Virus record (IMG/VR): IMGVR_UViG_3300002461_000339 | Span: 1-49,540 of that record | Strand: one strand, 5' to 3' | DNA from: a virus | DNA: 49,540 nt | In this document: positions 42,483 to 49,540 of the stretch, piece by piece | Position numbering within the stretch: the stretch's first letter is position 1 | Layout of the letters: each line of letters opens with the position of its first letter | Program-made: the position numbers and the translations under genes | The notes under the pieces: model-generated | Told to the model about the DNA's origin: nothing | Database searches by the model: none | The model's input: the letters and a program-made list of their open reading frames with translations, nothing else

Positions 42483-42611
42483 AGGCGGCGTTCCTCTGGC
42501 AGGGTTTCGGGGTAGCACTGGTCCGGCGTCTCGCACATGCGCTCGCCGGCGCAGAGCCAGCAGTCGCCGAGGCGTGGTGCCGCCTTCGGCCTCTCGGGCT
42601 CGGGGAAGAGG

Positions 42612-43088
42612 TCAGGCTGCACGAGTGATGCCCTCCGGCCGCAGGCCTGCGACAGTCACGGCGACCGCCAGCGCGGGCCATGCGTGGGACTTGACGCCGT
42701 AGGTCGGGCCCGGCGCAGCCTTGCTCCCTGGCGGCCCGAGCAGGTCAATCAAGGCCTGGCGGATGTTGGCGTCCTTGGCTCGCGTGTTGCCGCAGAGGTG
42801 CATCTTCACCGCGTGCCGGGTCACCAGCTGCACCTCGCGCCCGCGCTCTGCGCACGTCTCGACCATTCGGCCGATGTTGACGCAGGTCTGAAAGACTTCG
42901 GCGCCTACCGGCATGCCGTATGACGCGATCATTTCGACAGCGATTCGGCACCCGGGCGTGTGGGTCGCCGTGCCTCGCAGCATCGTCAGCGTCTCGTGCA
43001 GCGTGGACACGCCGGAATCCATGACAGTCAGGCCGGACAGCAGCGCCCACCCACACTGCTCGGGGCCGGGGTCGATTGCGAGGATCAT
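42612..43088 (-). CDS. RuvC-like Holliday junction resolvase
   Basis: MILAIDPGPEQCGWALL (catalytic Asp in the IDPG motif), about 158 aa, in the nin-region position. Confidence 0.6.
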   Translation of the reverse strand: MILAIDPGPEQCGWALLSGLTVMDSGVSTLHETLTMLRGTATHTPGCRIAVEMIASYGMPVGAEVFQTCVNIGRMVETCAERGREVQLVTRHAVKMHLCGNTRAKDANIRQALIDLLGPPGSKAAPGPTYGVKSHAWPALAVAVTVAGLRPEGITRAA

Positions 43089-43285
43089 GCTTCCTCCGCG
43101 TTTCGTCCGGGCACAAGCTTCGCTACTTCAACCCATCGGTTCTCTTTCCTCTCCTGCCATCGCTGCAGCGTGTCGCCGGGCTTCATCATGGAAAGAAGCT
43201 CTTGCTCGTTAGAGCTTTCTGCGAGCGTCCTGCCATCAGCCGAGACGATGCGCAGCCATCGCGTGTCAGTCCATTCGGTGTTCAT
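43085..43285 (-). CDS. Hypothetical protein (66 aa)
   Basis: ORF track. ATGA coupling. Confidence 0.5.
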   Translation of the reverse strand: MNTEWTDTRWLRIVSADGRTLAESSNEQELLSMMKPGDTLQRWQERKENRWVEVAKLVPGRNAEEA

Positions 43286-43605
43286 ACCGCCTCCGCTTTC
43301 TCAGCGCGCGCAATCACGCGCGGGTCTTGTGGGATGTGCCGGCAGCCGAGGCAGCGCCAGGACTCGCGGCCGGGGATCGACTCGGCGGCGGGGTCTTCCT
43401 GCGGGTGCACCGCCCAGGCCTTGCAGTCCTTGGGCATCGCGGCCGGAATCTCTCGGTACATCCAGCCATCGCGCGCGGAGTACGCCTCGGCGAAATCCGG
43501 CCTGTTGAAGCACAGCGGCCGCAGCCCTGCCCGCGCGCGCATGGCGTTTTCGGGCTGGCCGGGGTGCTGCACAGGCTGGCTGTAGATGCCGCTCACTGGC
43601 GCCAC
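43282..43605 (-). CDS. Hypothetical protein (up to 107 aa, start uncertain)
   Basis: ORF track. GTG at 43605 or ATG at 43542. C-terminal WRCLGCRH. Confidence 0.45.
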   Translation of the reverse strand: MAPVSGIYSQPVQHPGQPENAMRARAGLRPLCFNRPDFAEAYSARDGWMYREIPAAMPKDCKAWAVHPQEDPAAESIPGRESWRCLGCRHIPQDPRVIARAEKAEAV

Positions 43606-44198
43606 CGTTCGGCCGATAGGCGCCCAGCGTCGAAGGCGTGCGAGGCTGCGTTCAGCGCTCCAAGGCCCAAGGCGAGAGCTGCCACAATCTCAGGGAAGTC
43701 CCCGTGCAGCCACGCGCACATCCAGACGAAGGCAGGCCATGCGAACAGCCAGAGGCCGGACCAACGAAGCGCGCGCTTTCGCTTCGCCTGCGCACTCACC
43801 GCTCCCCCTCCGCCCCAGGGCGCGGCTCGACCAATCGCCCGAAGCGCGCGCTTTGCGATGCCTAGCTCCTTGCGAGCCAACTTGCGCTCTTGGATCAATC
43901 GGAAGGTCTCAATGCAGTGCGGACAGCCTGTCGATTCCAGTTCCTCCATAAACTCGCTTGGCGACAGGTAGGAGGGCGCGCCTGTTTCTTCGCAGTACTC
44001 GACCTGGCTCTGCAGCACCTGCCACAGGTGCGTCTTGAGACGGGCCTTGCTGTCGCGGTACTTGTTGCCGTGGCCGTCGGCAATCTCGGCTTCGGCTACG
44101 CTGCACCGCGCGATCGAATCGCTTATCGCCGTCGTGGCCTCCTTGACGGCTCGCGACGCCCGCTCGAAACGCACGATTGCAGCAAGCGGCCGGCTCAC
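43593..44198 (-). CDS. Hypothetical protein with C-terminal TM segments (201 aa)
   Basis: ORF track. Hydrophobic WSGLWLFAWPAFVWMCAWL and IVAALALGLGALNAA. Confidence 0.5.
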   Translation of the reverse strand: MSRPLAAIVRFERASRAVKEATTAISDSIARCSVAEAEIADGHGNKYRDSKARLKTHLWQVLQSQVEYCEETGAPSYLSPSEFMEELESTGCPHCIETFRLIQERKLARKELGIAKRALRAIGRAAPWGGGGAVSAQAKRKRALRWSGLWLFAWPAFVWMCAWLHGDFPEIVAALALGLGALNAASHAFDAGRLSAERWRQ

Positions 44199-44680
44199 GG
44201 CCCCACCCCCTGCCCGCCTTCCTGCGTGGGCCTTTGCTCGCAGCGGAAGGGGCCGAGGAGGTTGTTGCCGGCGTATCGCTCCGAGCCGGGGTAAAAATCA
44301 ATAGCGCTGGGCAGCTTCCAGACCCCGCGCTCGTCCTGCGATGGCATGCTCTCGAAAAAATCGCAGCGACCGTCTGGGTCCTGCGCCAGCCAGTCCGCCC
44401 ACTCCGGAGCCTCGCGCCACCGCTCCAGGTACGCGGCGCGCTCGGCGTCATCGGGGGCGGCGGCGGGCGCGGGCTTGCCCTCGGCCTCCACTGTCAGCCG
44501 GACGCGCTTGTACAGCAGCATCGGCATCTCGGACAGCAGGGTGGCCGGAAGATTGGCGACCGTGACGATCTCCCCGTTGTCACACTCGATCTCCAGACGC
44601 GGCACTTCGCCGCCCATCGCGACAAGCGTCCCGCTGATCTCCAGCCGCTGCGCGGCCTGCACTGTCTCGCTCTCTTTCAC
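44195..44680 (-). CDS. Hypothetical protein (161 aa)
   Basis: ORF track. ATGA coupling. Confidence 0.5.
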   Translation of the reverse strand: MKESETVQAAQRLEISGTLVAMGGEVPRLEIECDNGEIVTVANLPATLLSEMPMLLYKRVRLTVEAEGKPAPAAAPDDAERAAYLERWREAPEWADWLAQDPDGRCDFFESMPSQDERGVWKLPSAIDFYPGSERYAGNNLLGPFRCEQRPTQEGGQGVGP

Positions 44681-44943
44681 CGCACCACCTCCAGAACCAT
44701 CACGGGAACGACTCGCACGGCCCGTCCGGCGCTCGGAATCAGCGGCCGCTCGCGGATCACGCCGCGCTTGCGCAGGCCGACCAATGCCAGCCGCACTTTG
44801 CCGCGCTCATAGCGCGTTCGGGCCAACAGGGCGGCAACCTCGTCAGCCGTGGCCGGGCCTGCGTCGATCTCGCTGCACAGCCGGTCACGCCAGGCGTTGG
44901 CCTGCGCGTTGATCTGGGCAATAGGCGCGGTCATGGCCTGCAT
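44677..44943 (-). CDS. Hypothetical protein (about 88 aa, start uncertain)
   Basis: Internal ATG of ORF 44677..45027, chosen to avoid overlap with ninB. Confidence 0.4.
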   Translation of the reverse strand: MQAMTAPIAQINAQANAWRDRLCSEIDAGPATADEVAALLARTRYERGKVRLALVGLRKRGVIRERPLIPSAGRAVRVVPVMVLEVVR

Positions 44944-44975
44944 GCGGGCGCGGTCGGATTGGCTCAGGTGGGTTT

Positions 44976-45407
44976 TCAATGCTTGTCTCCCATGCCTTCC
45001 AGGTGGATGCCGTTGCGGCCGTACCACTGCTGCATGTTGGTCAGGTAGGTGCGCATCCCCTGCACGCTCAGCAGGCGCGTGACCGGCAGCCAGCGCATGG
45101 CCTCCAGCTGCTGTTCGTATGGGAGCGGATCGATCAGGTACTCGGCGCTGCGCGCGAAGTCATCGTTTTCGAGGCGCAGGATCGGCACGCCGAACTGCAG
45201 CTTGGCGAAGCTGTGAACGTCCTCGGGGACTTCTCCGACCTCGTCGGAGATCTGCCGATACCAGCGGAACGCGAGCTTGTTCTGCTCGGCGCTGCGGTCA
45301 TAGCCGCATGCCACGCTGACACGCAGGTACTTGTGCTTCTTCCAGGCCTCAGCCAGGCGGTGCAGGCCTCGGGTCAGGCTCTCGGTGCTGTTGATCGCGA
45401 ACTGCAT
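44976..45407 (-). CDS. ninB: NinB/Orf-like recombination mediator
   Basis: DRSAEQNKLAFRWYRQISDEV resembles the RSxxQNxxxW core of lambda NinB. ATG overlaps the dnaB stop (TGATG). Confidence 0.5.
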   Translation of the reverse strand: MQFAINSTESLTRGLHRLAEAWKKHKYLRVSVACGYDRSAEQNKLAFRWYRQISDEVGEVPEDVHSFAKLQFGVPILRLENDDFARSAEYLIDPLPYEQQLEAMRWLPVTRLLSVQGMRTYLTNMQQWYGRNGIHLEGMGDKH

Positions 45408-46711
45408 CAGTGCCCCTCCGCCAGATCGCGGAAGCGCATCGAGTCCGCGATCCATGCGCACCGGAACATCCCTGTTGGGCCATGGCGGTTCTTCTCGATG
45501 TTCAGCTCCGCGACGCCCCTGTCCGCGGTGTCCGGGTTGTAAACCTCATCCCGGTACAGCATCACGATGATGTCGGCCTCGCGGGTCAGCTCGTCGCTGT
45601 TGGCCAAGTCGCCGATGTCCGGGCGCTTGTCCGAGCGCTGGTCAACGCTGGCCTTGACCTGCGCCAGGCTGATCACCGGGATGTCCAGGTCGCGCGCAAG
45701 GTCTTTCAGCGTGCGCGCGCTCTCGCCCACCTCTTCGTGCCGATCGCGCCCAGGCACCCGAATGCGCTGGATGTAGTCCACATACAGGGCCTCGATGTTG
45801 TGCCGGCGCTTCCATGCGCGGGCAACGCGGCAAAGCTCATCCAGCGTGGGGGCGCTTCGGTCATAGACCCATGCCCTGCGGCCGGTCGCCAAGTCCGACA
45901 CGGACTGCGTGTAGCGCTGCCAGTGCTCTTCCTCAAACCGACCGTTGCGCAGGATCTCCGCAGGCAGCGGCCCGTTCATCGCGATCAAGCGCTGCGCCAG
46001 CTGCACTGCAGGCTGCTCACCCGAGATGATCCCGACGCGGTGCCCGGCCTTCGTCGCAGCGTCGGCCATGTTCATCATCTTGGCCGTCTTGCCGATGCTG
46101 GGGCGCGCGCCGAAGATGATCAGGTCACCGCGGTGGAAGCCCCCCAGACGCTGGTCAAGGCGCTCGATACCGCAGGTGATTCCGCGCAACGCACCCTTGG
46201 CGTTGTAGGCCGCCAGCACCTCGGCATGCGCTGCCTTCACTGCCTCGGCGAGCGTGTGGTCGTGGTCGCGCTGGCTGCCCGACAGCTCCATCAGGTCGCG
46301 CACGCCCGAGTCCGCGACGGCCAGGCCATCGTCAGCGGCCATCGCCTCGCGCTGCAGGCGCTGCCCGACCTCGATCACGCGCCGGAGTACGGCCTTGCTG
46401 CGGACGATCTTGGCGTACGTCTCGACGTTCGCCGAGCTGGGCGTCGTGCTGGCTAGCTCGACGATGTAGGAGCCGCCGCCCACCGCGTCCGACTCGCCAG
46501 TGGCCTCGAACCACTCGCCGAGTGTCACCGCGTCGCACGGCTGGCCTCGGGCGATGAGCTCGGATGCGGCCCGCCAGATGAGCCGGTGCGCAGGGGCGAA
46601 GAAGTCAGCCTCGGCCAGCTTGCCGGCCACGCGATCCAGCGCATCAGGGTTCAGCAGGATGGCGCCGATGACGGCCTGCTCAGCCTCCAGGCTCTGCGGA
46701 AGGCGGCTCAT
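45407..46711 (-). CDS. dnaB: Replicative DNA helicase DnaB
   Basis: N-terminal PQSLEAEQAVIGAILL, Walker A GARPSIGKT, and a C-terminus typical of DnaB. Confidence 0.95.
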   Translation of the reverse strand: MSRLPQSLEAEQAVIGAILLNPDALDRVAGKLAEADFFAPAHRLIWRAASELIARGQPCDAVTLGEWFEATGESDAVGGGSYIVELASTTPSSANVETYAKIVRSKAVLRRVIEVGQRLQREAMAADDGLAVADSGVRDLMELSGSQRDHDHTLAEAVKAAHAEVLAAYNAKGALRGITCGIERLDQRLGGFHRGDLIIFGARPSIGKTAKMMNMADAATKAGHRVGIISGEQPAVQLAQRLIAMNGPLPAEILRNGRFEEEHWQRYTQSVSDLATGRRAWVYDRSAPTLDELCRVARAWKRRHNIEALYVDYIQRIRVPGRDRHEEVGESARTLKDLARDLDIPVISLAQVKASVDQRSDKRPDIGDLANSDELTREADIIVMLYRDEVYNPDTADRGVAELNIEKNRHGPTGMFRCAWIADSMRFRDLAEGH

Positions 46712-47598
46712 AGCATCTGCCTCGGCTTCGTGGGCGCGCTAGAGTGCGGCACCCCGTTGCGGGCGATGAAGGTCACGTTCGCGGGCTTGTCGGCCAGCCA
46801 CTCGGCTTTGAACCCCTGCCAGTTCCGCTCGCAGCACATGCGGACGGCCGCTGCGATCGTCACGCCGGCCTTTGCGGCCTCGCGCTCGAAGCCCTTGGCC
46901 GCCGTCTCGGTCAGCGTGGCCCTCTTGTCCCTGCGGAGCTTGAGGAAGTCCCGTGCAAGGTCTGAGTCAACGCCGGCGTCAGCGAGCCACCGCTTCGGCG
47001 AGAACTGGTCAGCAGGCGGCGCGGCAGCGTCGCCCTGCTCTTGATTTGGAGACGGAGACGGAGACGGAGACGGAGACGGAGACGGAGACGGAGACGGAGA
47101 CGGAGACGGGGCACTGCCAGATTCTGCTAGTGGTGTGACACTGGCACTTTCTGGCACTGCCACTGGCACGCCAGCCGCTTGCGTCTGGGATGCCATCCGT
47201 ATGCGCTCGGCATACTCGGGCATCATCCGGGCAGCCTCTGGGCGTCCGTGTTGCTTGCAGAGCGCAGCCCACCGGGACTTCTCGCTGCGGGCATCTGCGC
47301 CGGCCGCCCAGGGGTTGTGCTCGTCCCAGTCGTGGATGATGCGATCGCCCTCTGCGCCGTCGAGATACCCGACCTCTGCGGCTGCAGCAACGAATGCGCC
47401 AGGCTCGCCAGCCCAGTCCACAGCGAGCTCGATGTCCTCATCCGTCATGCCGGAAAGGTCGCCGTCGCTGCGGTTGGCGGCGGCCCACAGGAACAGGTAG
47501 ACGCAACCGAGGACGCCAGCAGGGCCAAGCCTGCGCGCGAGCTTCTTGGTCTTGGGGTGCGACGGGAACGCCGTCGATATGCGGGCGTCCTTCATCAC
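46708..47598 (-). CDS. Replication initiator/organiser (lambda O position) with an (SP)n linker
   Basis: Immediately upstream of dnaB. Two domains are joined by a run of about 10-11 Ser-Pro dipeptides. Iteron-like repeats lie inside the gene. Confidence 0.55.
   Translation of the reverse strand: MMKDARISTAFPSHPKTKKLARRLGPAGVLGCVYLFLWAAANRSDGDLSGMTDEDIELAVDWAGEPGAFVAAAAEVGYLDGAEGDRIIHDWDEHNPWAAGADARSEKSRWAALCKQHGRPEAARMMPEYAERIRMASQTQAAGVPVAVPESASVTPLAESGSAPSPSPSPSPSPSPSPSPSPSPNQEQGDAAAPPADQFSPKRWLADAGVDSDLARDFLKLRRDKRATLTETAAKGFEREAAKAGVTIAAAVRMCCERNWQGFKAEWLADKPANVTFIARNGVPHSSAPTKPRQML
47048..47107 (+). repeat. Perfect hexanucleotide microsatellite (GGAGAC)x10
   Basis: Counted directly. 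Encodes the SPSPSP... linker of the O-like protein on the - strand. Confidence 0.95.
47110..47169 (+). repeat. Iteron-like repeats (CTGGCAC x3, GGCACTGCCA x2)
   Basis: CTGGCAC at 47141, 47151 and 47163. GGCACTGCCA at 47110 and 47153. Locally AT-richer. Adjacent to the microsatellite. Confidence 0.5.
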
Positions 47599-47867
47599 TC
47601 AGCCTCTGCGTCGGGCTCTGAGGTCGTGAGAGGCATCACTCGCCCGGGGGAGCCAAAATGCTTGGCCTGGGCCAGTACCCAGTCGGCATCTACGACATAT
47701 CCGTGATCCGCCTTCGCGCTCATGATGGCGCCGCAAATCGTTTCGGCATGCTCTGGGGAGAAAGCGATCTTGCACAGCGGAGTTGAAATGACGATCCGCT
47801 CGAAAGGGAAGTCCTTGCTGTCAACGCTGACGCTGATCTTGGTCTGTGCGGGAACGACTACTGACAT
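47595..47867 (-). CDS. Hypothetical protein (90 aa)
   Basis: ATG at 47867 with AAGGAA upstream (ORF track start is 47918). Coupled to the O-like gene. Confidence 0.5.
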   Translation of the reverse strand: MSVVVPAQTKISVSVDSKDFPFERIVISTPLCKIAFSPEHAETICGAIMSAKADHGYVVDADWVLAQAKHFGSPGRVMPLTTSEPDAEAE

Positions 47868-47972
47868 GGTGGTTTCCTTCTTGAACCTCTTGGAAGATCC
47901 AGCCGCGCCAACCTGCAAGAGGTTCAGGCTGTCCCCCGGTCATGACTCCGGGGTCAGGCACGGTGGAATTCA

Positions 47973-48125
47973 TCAAGCCGCCTGCAACAGCTCCTGCTGC
48001 ACAGGCGGCCACCGGTCTTGAAGCCGCAGTGCAAGCGCCGCGGCGTCGATCTCTTGTTGCGTGTGCTCGCGCTCGCAGTGCTCGATGCAAGCGGCGATGC
48101 GCTTCAGCGTCTCGGCGCGCGTCAT
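47973..48125 (-). CDS. Small hypothetical protein (50 aa), below the ORF-track cutoff
   Basis: ATG at 48125 overlaps the upstream TGA (ATGA), with GGAGGA 6 nt upstream. Sequence MTRAETLKRIAACIEHCEREHTQQEIDAAALALRLQDRWPPVQQELLQAA. High third-position GC. Confidence 0.55.
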   Translation of the reverse strand: MTRAETLKRIAACIEHCEREHTQQEIDAAALALRLQDRWPPVQQELLQAA

Positions 48126-49030
48126 GCGGCGTCCTCCAGTGGGGCACCGATGCGCGCGCCTATTGCTTCGCCAGCATCACGGGCGGCGCCAAGCGCTCGC
48201 TCAATCTCAGCTGCTGCAAACCGCATCTTGTTCTGCAGCTCATGCAGCGCCTCGCGGTCTTTGTCGGGTCTCGCCCGCGAGAGGGCGAGGCGCAGATCCC
48301 ATTGATTCATCCGCGACGCTTCGGGGATGCCGATGGACTGACCAAGCGCGTCAATTTCGTTGCGGAGCAGCTGAAGACGTTCCTCAAGCTCCTGCTGGCG
48401 CTCGCGTTCCCGCTGTTCACGCTTGGCCCGCAGCTCAGACACTTGATCGGTGTCGCGTTGGATCTCGAACTGCAGAGCTTTTGCCGCCCGCTCGCGATCG
48501 GCGACCATACGTGCGAAGTCCTTGCCCAGCCGCTCTTCGATGCGCCTGCTCTGTTCCCATTCACTCGTGCGCTGTCTACGGCACTCGCTCCGCGGGTCGT
48601 GTGCGCGTTCGATTCCGTCGATAACCAGCTTCAGCCACACTTGCCACGGCAGCTGCTCAAGGCGGTTGATCGTCGGGCGCCTCACCCAGCGCCAGGACTC
48701 GGGCCCGCGCTCGATGAAGCCGCAACCCTCGGGGATCTCATCGCGCTTCAGCAGCCCCTTGGGAGCGGCAAAGGAAAGCGCGCCGGCTACCTTGAAGTAC
48801 CCGAGGTACTTGCCGGCCGTAACGTCGCTCAGGAAGTCCGCGCGACTCACCTTGACCTCGAACGCGATGGCGCGCAGGGCGGTGTAGGTCTTTTCGATGC
48901 CGAAGACGTCGGGGCGGATCGAGCCGGACGGCCCGAGCTGCATGTTCTCCCAGGCGATCATCGGCTTTGAGTAGCCGCGCAGGTGCGCCGCAAGGTCGGA
49001 GGCAAGGGCGTCGTGTTTCCAGTCGCTCAC
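48122..49030 (-). CDS. PD-(D/E)XK nuclease, MmcB-like N-terminal domain fused to a long coiled coil (302 aa)
   Basis: IRPDVFGIEK...AIAFEVKVSRADFLSD matches the D...E.K core and the MmcB/DUF1052 pattern. The C-terminal ~150 aa are E/R/Q-rich and helical. Confidence 0.5.
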   Translation of the reverse strand: MSDWKHDALASDLAAHLRGYSKPMIAWENMQLGPSGSIRPDVFGIEKTYTALRAIAFEVKVSRADFLSDVTAGKYLGYFKVAGALSFAAPKGLLKRDEIPEGCGFIERGPESWRWVRRPTINRLEQLPWQVWLKLVIDGIERAHDPRSECRRQRTSEWEQSRRIEERLGKDFARMVADRERAAKALQFEIQRDTDQVSELRAKREQRERERQQELEERLQLLRNEIDALGQSIGIPEASRMNQWDLRLALSRARPDKDREALHELQNKMRFAAAEIERALGAARDAGEAIGARIGAPLEDAA

Positions 49031-49368
49031 GCCTCACCCCGCAGCATCTGTTCCTGCAGCTCCAGCAGCTCGGCGTCGGTGCCGTAGGCGGCGCGGAAGG
49101 ACTTGCTGCCGTCCATCAGGCTGGGGCCGTACTGGAACCGCATCTGCGGCGGCGTGACGCCCGGCAGCGGGTGTCCGCGGTGATGCCACAGGCACAGGGC
49201 GACGCTGGCCTCGTGCCCGATCCGGCGCCCGCCAGACAGCAGGTGGTGCGCATCGCACCCGATGGTGACCATGCCGCGCTTCCAGCACGCGACGCAGCGG
49301 CCGGCCTTGATCTGGCCGAAGCGCTCGGCCTGAGCGGCGGTGATGCGCTGGCTGCCGCCGAGGCTCAC
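49027..49368 (-). CDS. Ref-like HNH recombination-enhancement nuclease (113 aa)
   Basis: GRCVACWKRG...CDAHHLLSGGRR...ALCLWHHRG resembles P1 Ref-family HNH proteins. GTG at 49368 overlaps the upstream TGA (ORF track start is 49413). Confidence 0.5.
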   Translation of the reverse strand: MSLGGSQRITAAQAERFGQIKAGRCVACWKRGMVTIGCDAHHLLSGGRRIGHEASVALCLWHHRGHPLPGVTPPQMRFQYGPSLMDGSKSFRAAYGTDAELLELQEQMLRGEA

Positions 49369-49540
49369 GACGTCGCCCTCCGCCGCAGCTCGCGCCGGGC
49401 GTCGATCCGGCACATGCAGTAGCGCCGCAGCGAGGCCATCGCGCGCGACTCGCCGCCGCTGATCAGGTTCGGCCAGGGCCCGGCCATGCGCGCCTCCAGG
49501 GCGTCGCGGTAGTGGCGCGCGTCGGTCGCCTGCAGGCTGG
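49365..49540 (-). CDS. 3' part of the junction-spanning 74-aa ORF (see 1..143)
   Basis: Same frame as 143..1 once the 94-nt overlap is collapsed. TGA at 49367..49365. Confidence 0.45.
   Translation of the reverse strand, partial: SLQATDARHYRDALEARMAGPWPNLISGGESRAMASLRRYCMCRIDARRELRRRATS
49447..49540 (+). repeat. Terminal direct repeat, copy 2 (identical to 1..94)
   Basis: Exact identity to the first 94 nt. Confidence 0.95.

Larger units (their letters stand above)
1..49540. mobile_element. Complete lambdoid temperate siphophage genome (circularly closed contig, 49,446 bp unique)
   Basis: Exact 94-nt terminal overlap. Full set of immunity, recombination, integration, replication, antitermination, lysis, packaging, head and tail modules in lambda-like order. 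Confidence 0.85.

Noticed and set aside
47048-47107. Tandem repeat considered as a possible CRISPR-like or satellite array
   Set aside because: The unit is 6 nt with no spacers, and it lies in frame inside a gene encoding an SP linker. It is a coding microsatellite, not a CRISPR array.

Overview
The window is one complete, GC-rich temperate lambdoid siphophage or excised prophage genome. Its first 94 nt recur exactly at 49447..49540, so it is a circularly closed contig with 49,446 bp of unique sequence. Gene order is lambda-like. On the + strand, 1255-12456 carries the CI repressor, a pL-like promoter, small early genes, a recombination module (coiled-coil protein, annealing protein, YqaJ exonuclease, SSB), a block of small accessory genes, an AlpA-type Xis and a P4-type tyrosine integrase. 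On the - strand, reading from 1172 down and wrapping through 49540 to 12438, are cro, early genes, a nuclease cluster, the replication module (O-like protein, DnaB), a nin-like region (NinB, RuvC-like), a Q-like antiterminator and a GIY-YIG moron. These are followed by an eight-gene lysis cassette, HNH, TerS, TerL, gpW, portal, S49 protease, decoration and major capsid proteins, fibre-like proteins, tail genes (tube, chaperone, 1467-aa tape measure, 1188-aa tip protein) and a two-gene moron cassette. No rRNA, tRNA, CRISPR array, transposase or reverse transcriptase was found. The observations most worth follow-up are: (1) a repeat-dense attP-like array between xis and int; (2) iteron-like repeats plus a (GGAGAC)x10 microsatellite inside the O-like gene, a candidate ori; (3) about 0.75 kb of structured, apparently non-coding sequence flanking one small gene in the early-left operon; (4) three extra membrane or lipoprotein genes inside the lysis cassette; (5) morons at three classical hot spots (rex position, Q-to-lysis, int-to-tail); (6) a TTGACT promoter placed immediately before an intrinsic terminator downstream of the Q-like gene. 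Functional calls come from motif recognition by eye and from synteny. No database search was run.
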